From Chara braunii (lineage: Eukaryota; Plantae; Charophyceae): a stretch of 55,649 nt of DNA. Positions 48,201-55,649 of the stretch are shown in pieces. The notes below the pieces were generated by a model. The model was given only the letters and a program-made list of their open reading frames with translations. It did not search any database and was not told the origin of the DNA. Made by a program: the position numbers and the translations under genes. Position 1 is the stretch's first letter. Each line of letters starts with the position of its first letter. The DNA is taken from NCBI GenBank assembly GCA_003427395.1, contig BFEA01000019.1, positions 4,604,208 to 4,659,856 on the forward strand, in the 5' to 3' direction.

Positions 48201-49730
48201 ACGATGACGACATACCTCCCGTTTGAGTACTCCAACTTTTGTCGATGAGGAAAATTACCTCTTCTTTCAACACTGGTGCTGTCCAGTACTCTTGACTGAG
48301 AGCAGTGATTTATATCTCCTTCCACAATCGATCTTCCTTTTTTATCGCCGTCTTCCTCCTTTTCCTTATCATTCCTCCCTCCTCCCTCCTCCTCTCACAC
48401 TCTTGCCATTTGCGTTCGAATACTATTTCTCTTCCCACCTTCTTACCTCTTCCAATCCTCTTGCTCTATCGCCGTTTTTTCACCGATCCTTGCTGTCTAT
48501 CCGTTCCCCCACCTGCTCTCCCCTTCTTCTCGCTTCTTTCTCGTTTACTTGTGCTTGATTTCCGCCTCGGTAGGTTGATGGTCACGAAAGAGGTTTCTTC
48601 TTCCGCAGCTGGAATACCTTTTACTCTTTCTTCCTGCCCTATTCATCCACTCTTCTCATCTTTCCTCTTTTAGTAAGACTATCAGTTGACCTCATCTGAC
48701 TACTATTAGTATTCCTCTATTTCAGTAATGACCTGCCAGGTAAGCCAACTTTCTAACCCTACCACAGTGAATGAAGGTCAGCAATGCTATATTTTTTTGT
48801 GACAACCCAATAGGAGAAAAAAACGTAATCTCTCCCTATTGATATCTTAGACTAACTGTGAATAATGGAAATAAACACGAAACTATACCAGTCTAGTGGT
48901 ACTGCCGTTAGGGCAATACCGTTTTTTGATGCAACCTATGAACTACTTTTCACTTCCTAAGACTCACAACTTGACTTCAGAGGATCTATCTTCCTTTGAT
49001 TTCATTTGATGTGGTTCACAATCAATGTGCAAAGGTTAAAAAGGTGTAACCAATCCTACAATAGCTATATCTTCTCACTTTTGTAAAAAACTGTTGCGGT
49101 CAACGACATGCCATTGTTGATATCTGGATCAAACATCAGCAACTATACCTTCCTTCCTTTGCTTTAATTATGTAACCTTTGTGAAGAAACACCTTGTTGA
49201 TGACTGAGCTGTGTCACTGTGTTGCTAATTCCTTATCTCCTCAATCCGCAGCTTCGTACGCACACTTTGCCCACAAAGGGACCCGTCTCCGCTTGATTCC
49301 ATATGCGTTGACACAAAGTCAATGCACGAAGGCCAATCACCGTGCTCAATACAACGACAACTATGGATTCTTTTCTGCGGGATCAAGGATAGGATATTCC
49401 GAACAGGATGCGACCTATCCACTATTCCGAACAGGCTGCATTCTATCCTTCAGTCCTTCTTCCGAGATCTAGCGTGTAGCCACGTCAGCCTGTGACATGG
49501 CGACGCTAAGTGTCTCTGCTTACGGCGCGCGTGTGCTAAGCGCCAGCTGGTCAGAAGCTCTCATCGGGCGTTTGAGAATCTCAAAATTTGTAAGTGGGTT
49601 CAAACCCCAGCTACTAGGCATCGGCTTAGGGGTTCAGACTACTAAACAGGGAGGCGGAATATAACCAAGGATGGTATGAGCTGATATGTACAATCAAAGT
49701 TGCGCCTGCCACAATCGTAAAATAAATAAA

Positions 49731-50030
49731 TTAATTAAAAAAAAAAGAGAAGATTTGGGTGAGATCGCATTTTCTCGCCGGGTCCGGTTCCCTTCGGAGC
49801 ATGGATTGTAGTTCCTTCCATGCTCCTTCAGTCTTTGCTGTGCTTGTTTCAATCAAGGAGGTTCTGGCTTGCATGAATTCAAATGTGTGTTGTTGTCTTT
49901 CATGAGTGCAGCGCATTCTCCACGCTGCCATGAGAACTGCTAGTCTTGGTTCAATGATGTGTAATCCCTGCTGGTGTTTTAGTGATTCTTTGTATAACTG
50001 TCTGTCTCCCTACTGGAGTCGATTAATCAT
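49731..50030 (-). mobile_element. Short LINE ORF2 C-terminal fragment
   Basis: MAAWRMRCTHERQQ...AWKEL resembles MLAWRARCSFEKK...AWKNM at 44075-44452. Confidence 0.6.
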
Positions 50031-50349
50031 GCCTCGTGTTGCTTCCTTCTGCTCGTTGCCTGGCCAGGACTTCTGTTAAGCAGAGTTGTCGTGTTTCCCA
50101 GGGGGATGAGGGAGGGGGGGATGTGCTAGGAGAGGCCGTGTTTGGCAGGGGGGGCGGAAGGCGATGGGTGGACAGTGGGGATAGCTGGGGAGGAGAAGGG
50201 GGGGAGGTTGCGGGTGGGGTTGTGTCTGGTAGCGGAGGTGGGTGGTGGGGGGTGGGTGGAGGGGAAGCTAGGGGGAGGGGAGGAGGGGAAAGGGGAGCAG
50301 GATTTAGTCTCTTGTCTGGCAGCAGCCCAGCCTAGCAGCCTCTCTGGTT

Positions 50350-50740
50350 GCTCCAATCTATTGGTGGGAAGCTGCACCTACTGGAGCTCAGGTCCAACAT
50401 CCCTGTGTATACATCTTAGTTGTTGAAAGAATGCATAAAGCACAGAAATGCAGAAATGTAGAAAAAATAGCAGCTACAGTGCTACACCTGGTGGGTTGGG
50501 ATTTGAGACTGACTGACTAAATGACCAAGTCAAACCAACGAAGACCGTCCCAAACACTGGTTGCAGACAAAATGTAGGCATACTACAGGCAGATGAGAGA
50601 CAGATGGAAGAAACAGCAGACTCCAGGGACAGAGAAGTCTGAAGAGATTGAGGGAATATGGCCCGCTTATTTCGGACACAGCTGCAACCGACACAGGAGC
50701 TGGGCATCCTTTCCTCTCTAAAAACATCCAAAAACCTCTT
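50350..50740 (-). mobile_element. Inverted LINE 3'UTR fragment with type A module core (50350-50404)
   Basis: Reverse complement agggatgttggacctgagctccagtaggtgcagcttcccaccaatagattggagc; flanking UTR has the same (gact)-rich style as 10300-10500. Confidence 0.65.
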
Positions 50741-50749
50741 AAAACCTCT

Positions 50750-52659
50750 GCTTTCCAAGGATTGAAGAACTTGTACCGTACCGGAGAGAACTGGTAAGGG
50801 CTCAAAATGAGCGTCATAGAGAATGGAGACCACCGGCGGACCTTTCTCCCTGGTACTGCCGTAGAAAATCTCCCAATAGACCCGTTGGAATGGATCTGGT
50901 ACCCAAACACACGATATAACCCAAGTCACCCCAAACCTAAAATGTTGTACAGTCTCACGGTGAAGGCAACATATAAAATCATCAAAACTAAGCAGTGCCT
51001 CAAAGACACAGTGATCGATAGATGGCAGAGGCACCTTAATGTGGAAAGACACCTTCTCACACCGATTCGATGGTTCAGGAATACCAAGTACAGACCTGTA
51101 AAAATCCCATCCTTACAGTGACAAATCTTGCATCGGTGTCTACCCACCAACGACTGGCTGATCGATCATTCGTCTTTAGAGCAACAAGGTCGCGCGCAAC
51201 CCCTGGTGCTCTCGTTGCCTTTTGGGATTCTCGTCCAAAAAGAGACCAGAGACAATAGAACATATATTCCCGCAATGCCCGTCAGCAGTCATGACTTGGC
51301 GATGGTGGGATAGGGTGTGGCAACAAATGGTCCCAGGGCATCCATGGCCGTGGGAATGGCGGGCCATCCTCATGGGGCACTACCCACCCTTTCAAGATAA
51401 CACCTTTGTGACACACATGTTTCATATGTCACGTAGAACGATCTTGTGGATCCTGTAGTGGCAACGTTGTGTCCTTGCTTTAGACAAGGTGCGGATTGAA
51501 GGGGAAGAGAGGTTGGAGCAACTCAAAACACATTTCCAACTGGAACTCTCGCACAGGTGGAGGACCGCTAAGCAATCACTGGATATCCTCCATAGAGTCA
51601 GAGACATTCGTGAAAGATTAGTACAGTTTTCCAGGGATTGGCTGGGCGGGAATCGGGAGGGGTGGGTAGCGGAGGTTTGCTGGACAGGAGACTGGGATAG
51701 GGATGATGGCAGGGAGGACCGACATGGAGAGAAGGCAGTCCCAAGGAACTACCACCTCAGATTTAAGGAGTGGTTGTCGATAGACTCAAGCATCCCCATG
51801 AGACCGGCAGAGGATTTTCAAGACCCCTTCCCTCCACACCAGGGATCTCTCGAAATATGCTTGTAACCCCCTGCCCATTGTTACCCATTTTCTAGACTCT
51901 ACCCTTTTTCGTCTGAGCAGCGTTCGTGCTTTGTAGGGAGACAAGGGAGGGAGTGAGAGTAAGTGAGGAAGAGATTGAGAGGAAAAGCTGGTGTTTTGTT
52001 AGTTCGGGAGGGACCCCCCCGTTTCCCAACCACCATCTTTCCTTCCCAACCTGCTTTAGTTCAGTCCTTTTTCAGTCTGTCTAACCTTTCCTGTCTGGCC
52101 TTGCCGCCTGTTTTTTCTGTTTCTTAGTTTTGGTTTTGGGTTGTAGTCAAACTTTAGTTAGATTTTATCATTCCAGTCTCAATCTGTTTTCTTTTGGCCA
52201 GGCTGCTCTAAAATTCGCTGCCAGTGTGACATTCGGGTAGGACCGACGGAGGTTAGTGTTGAAAGGCAGGTGTCCTGGTGGGATGGCAGGGAGACGGTAG
52301 GGATAGCCACTGGTGCCCCCCGGTGGCCCCTCCCGGTACCTTGACCAGGCACGAGGTTGGAGAAGGAGACGAGGACCATCAGCTCTTGGTTCCAGGTTTC
52401 GGGTCATCCTCACACCTGCTCAGTCAATCCTCTGGTTCCCAGAGCAATCAATGCTGGCAGGCATCCTCTAGCCACCATCCAGTTTTTTTCTATGCATCAT
52501 TCTGTATCAATTTCTGTATGGGACGCTGAACCCATTTTCCAGCAGGTGATGCTCCCCACCAATAGATGGAGCCTCTCCACAGGTGCTAGCAATGTCTGCA
52601 CTAAACAGCATCGCTAGCACTGGTGGGTCTGTTTAAAAAAGAAAAAGCAAAAAAAAAAA
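50750..52659 (+). mobile_element. 5'-truncated LINE: ORF2 C-terminus, 3'UTR, type A module, poly(A)
   Basis: LPIDPLEWIW, HRCLPTNDWL, ETIEHIFPQCP, DWLGGNREGWVAEV; module 52520-52620; A-tail 52635-52659. Confidence 0.9.
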
Positions 52660-52924
52660 CCTTGAAGNNNNNNNNNNNNNNNNNNNNNNNNNNNNNNNNN
52701 NNNNNNNNNNNNNNNNNNNNNNNNNNNNNNNNNNNNNNNNNNNNNNNNNNNNNNNNNNNNNNNNNNNNNNNNNNNNNNNNNNNNNNNNNNNNNNNNNNNN
52801 NNNNNNNNNNNNNNGGTAGCCTCTCCAATCTCTTAGGGTGAGAACCCACTGCTTGGCGTTGCTTGGCGCCAGGAAAACATCCGCCAGCCCAAAATTGTAG
52901 CCGACGGGAATGGGCAAGCGAAAA

Positions 52925-53200
52925 GGGACTCCACCGCCATAGCAATTTGCGGGACTTCCCAAGGTTTTTGTTACCCGATCAGGAAGACTTGCCTTTTCGG
53001 GCAAGTTTGCCTCCGGCTTTTCAGCACACCAACCAATCCCCGTGCTTCCTTTCCACACAGGATGGGTAAATCTAGAGGGCCTCTAGATTAACCCATCCCG
53101 TGCAGAAAGGAAGCACGGGGATTGTTTGGTGTGCTCAAAAAGTGGAGGTAGGCAGAGTGGAAACAAAAATGTTTGCGATTGCCGCCAGCAGTGGAGTCCC
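52925..53200. repeat. Long fold-back inverted repeat centred near 53079
   Basis: cacaccaaccaatccccgtgcttcctttc...tctagag ggc ctctaga...gaaaggaagcacggggattgtttggtgtg; degenerate outer arms gggactccac / gtggagtccc. Confidence 0.85.
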
Positions 53201-53289
53201 AAAAAATGTATTCCAAAGGCTTGGCGCTGTCCAGTGGGGTCCCTCCCTTACCCAGTTAGTCCCGACTCTGGTTCCTAATACTCCCTCGC

Positions 53290-53480
53290 CACCATACCAC
53301 TTTATATCTACCATCGAGAGGGCGGGTGGGGGGAAGAGGTCAGGGAAGTCTGATAGTTGTCTCAGTGGGATGGTAGGGTCAATCTGTGTCCAGTCATGAA
53401 AGTGAAGGTGGTAATCCCAAATCATCTCCCCCTGTTCACATCTTAATCCTTCTCCTCGGACTGACCTCGTCATAGACTTC
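53290..53480 (-). mobile_element. LINE ORF2 extreme C-terminal fragment
   Basis: DYHLHFHDWTQIDPTIPLRQLSDFPDLFPPP matches the family C-terminal motif. Confidence 0.75.
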
Positions 53481-53681
53481 TCAGGAAAACACCATGGACT
53501 GAGGCCTAGTGGAGCAGCACAGGATTACTAACGTTCAAGGCCTCACTTCGTTTCTAAATAACTCAAGGGGCGGTAGGATGTTCGTCTACCCCCCAGTACA
53601 GAGCCGGTGGTGGAGCAGTGGAAACTCACCTCTCACCACAAGTGGTCATTATGTCCATATACAGCGAAATCTCTATACACT

Positions 53682-53813
53682 GTTGGAGCCGATTCCCAGC
53701 AAGTGTTACTCCCCACCAATAGATGGAGCCTCTGATAAGGGGGCAACTTTAGGAGGATGCTCTTATCACCTCCTTAAGTTATGCCACCCACACTAAGTTG
53801 TCGGAAAAAAAGG

Positions 53814-53829
<16 letters not shown>
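53682..53829 (+). ncRNA. Type A 3' module, copy 9, with A-tail followed by (TA)n
   Basis: gttggagccgattcccagcaagtgttactccccaccaatagatggagcc...aggaggatgctcttatcacctcct...aaaa; (TA)n at 53829-53872. Confidence 0.75.
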
Positions 53830-53877
<48 letters not shown>

Positions 53878-53974
53878 CTTTTTTGTTTTTGAAATGACTA
53901 CGCTGGAGTGCAGTGTTGAGTTTTGAATTGGGCAATAAGTAATGCACGCACAAAAACTCTGCCGAGACAAGTCA

Positions 53975-54400
53975 CAACCTTTTTATGGAGAGGGAACCAT
54001 GAACAAGCTAAGGTAATCCCTAAAGTGGTTTGGCGTTCTCTAATTCAATCCAAGACAGAGGAGGTAGGCCGGGAGGGAGTCCTATAGGATTAGGGGGCCT
54101 CTACCACATAGCAGAGTGCTGCAGGTGACTCTCATATGTCTGTAATCCAACCTCTACAACAACCTCGACTTTTTGAGAAAAAAAAAAGAAAAAAAAGTCA
54201 GAGGAGGTGTAGGGATTCTCGATCCAAAGCTTGAATACCAAGCTCTTGTGGTTCAGTGGGTAAAGGAACTACTTCTATCCATGGATAAACCCTGGCAGGC
54301 CATGGCATTAGAACAGATTCGCAGGCTTGCCCCTGTATCGATTGAGGACACATCCGCTCACATGGGTAGAGGATCGTTTCTGGTCCATCCCCCGGGCTCA
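53975..54400 (+). mobile_element. LINE post-RT fragment interrupted by a short poly(A) retro-insertion (54066-54194)
   Basis: FLWRGNH...KVVWRSLIQSK | RGGVGILDP...; TSD aagacagaggaggt (54052-54065) / aagtcagaggaggt (54195-54208). Confidence 0.8.
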
Positions 54401-54698
54401 GGTGCATGCAAGCACAAGGGACGATCGGGGAAGGGCTAGGAGTGACGTTACCCTGGATAATTAGTGGGTATCTCCATTGAAAATATGGTATCATCTACCT
54501 TTCCCAAAAATACGCACCCTTCCCCAATCGATATGAGGAGATCCTTCGCTAGCCACTTTTTGGTAACAGATGGAAGGCGGAAGAGGGATGGTGAGGGGAG
54601 AAGATGAGGAGGAGAAGATGGGAAAGCAGTGAACGGAAAAAGGGAGGGGATGAAGGTGGGAGTGTGAAATGTTCGGTGCAAACAACAAAAAAAAAACG

Positions 54699-54703
<5 letters not shown>

Positions 54704-54737
<34 letters not shown>
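54704..54737. repeat. (GA)n microsatellite
   Basis: Directly visible. Confidence 0.95.
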
Positions 54738-54739
<2 letters not shown>

Positions 54740-55578
54740 CTGAATGGCAAAATTGAAATATGGGTCAAATTGCGGCCGCAATCTATTTCGCAGTTGGAAT
54801 GATTTTTTAAAATTTATAGAGCGTATTTTTTGGAAAGATCACAACAAAATCTACAAGGACTCCAATTTTCAGGTTTTTTCACGCATTCTTCTAAGCGCAA
54901 AAACTCATTGAATTTGGAGTATTTTTTTTTAGTTGGCCCAGGCATGGCTGAGTGGCAAAAATGAAAAATGTGTTGAATCAGCGCGACGATTATTTCGCAG
55001 TCTAATTGGTTTTTTTTAAATGTTCTATTATTATTTCAGGAAAGAGCACGACCTCATCTATGGATTCTCAAAATTTCAGATTTTTGTGCATGTTTGTTCG
55101 AGCACAGAAAATCGCCAAAGTTGCCTCTTGCAAAACGCTTATTTCGTTGTGCCTGACCTCCCTGTTTTGAGAAGACGGGGCTCAATGCCTGGGCCTGAGG
55201 ACCCTTTTGCACTTCACATGCCCTCACTTCTTTTTGGGGTCCGCTTCTACCCGGGGTTCGGTCCAACGCCCCCCACTTCTTTTTGGGGTCCACTTCCACC
55301 TGACGACCGGTCCTTCCATTTTCCAAAAGTACCGGTTCTAGCATAGCTAACTGTAGGTAGTCCGCAGTTTTGCCAAGAACCGGTCCCCAAATTTTTTTGC
55401 CCCCTATGAACCCACTTTGCGTCCTGGTCGCCCGCCGTAAAAAATGCGACACCTTGACACAGACGTGGAAGCACACTATACCGCAGCCTAAGGGCTGCGA
55501 ACACGATTCGAATTGTCTACCGCGTGGGCGAGGGGAACGCAGCCCTAATGTAGCCAAATCAATGAGAATAAGAGCTAA

Positions 55579-55581
<3 letters not shown>

Positions 55582-55642
<61 letters not shown>
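55582..55642. repeat. (GA)n microsatellite
   Basis: Directly visible. Confidence 0.95.
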
Positions 55643-55648
<6 letters not shown>

Positions 55649-55649
55649 T

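Noticed and set aside
55491-55548. Tiny MITE with agggctgcg / cgcagccct ends
   Set aside because: Only a 9-bp inverted match and no convincing TSD

Overview
Eukaryotic, transposon-saturated window with no clearly intact host gene. Plant-type L1/Tx1 ORF1 and hAT features, microsatellites and composition suggest a streptophyte such as a charophyte alga; this is inference. It is a nested stack of about ten decayed L1/Tx1-clade non-LTR retrotransposon copies (ORF1 with CCHC knuckle; ORF2 with APE endonuclease, RT and zf-RVT). Two copies of one hAT DNA-transposon family have matching TIRs and 8-bp TSDs (13887-14632 and 19971-30445); the larger one splits a LINE RT. The window also holds a probable solo LTR, tandem arrays, fold-back palindromes and three N-gaps. 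The most notable signal is a ~130-nt structured RNA module just before the poly(A) of these LINEs, present nine times: a 6-bp hairpin with a 7-nt loop, an H-type pseudoknot, and a long hairpin whose stem is rewritten between copies while its loop is kept. It also occurs in non-coding SINE-like inserts. The same LINEs carry unusual accessory domains conserved across divergent copies: a Nudix-fold-like domain and an MLLE/PABC-like helical domain in ORF1, and an SH3/BAH-like segment in ORF2.
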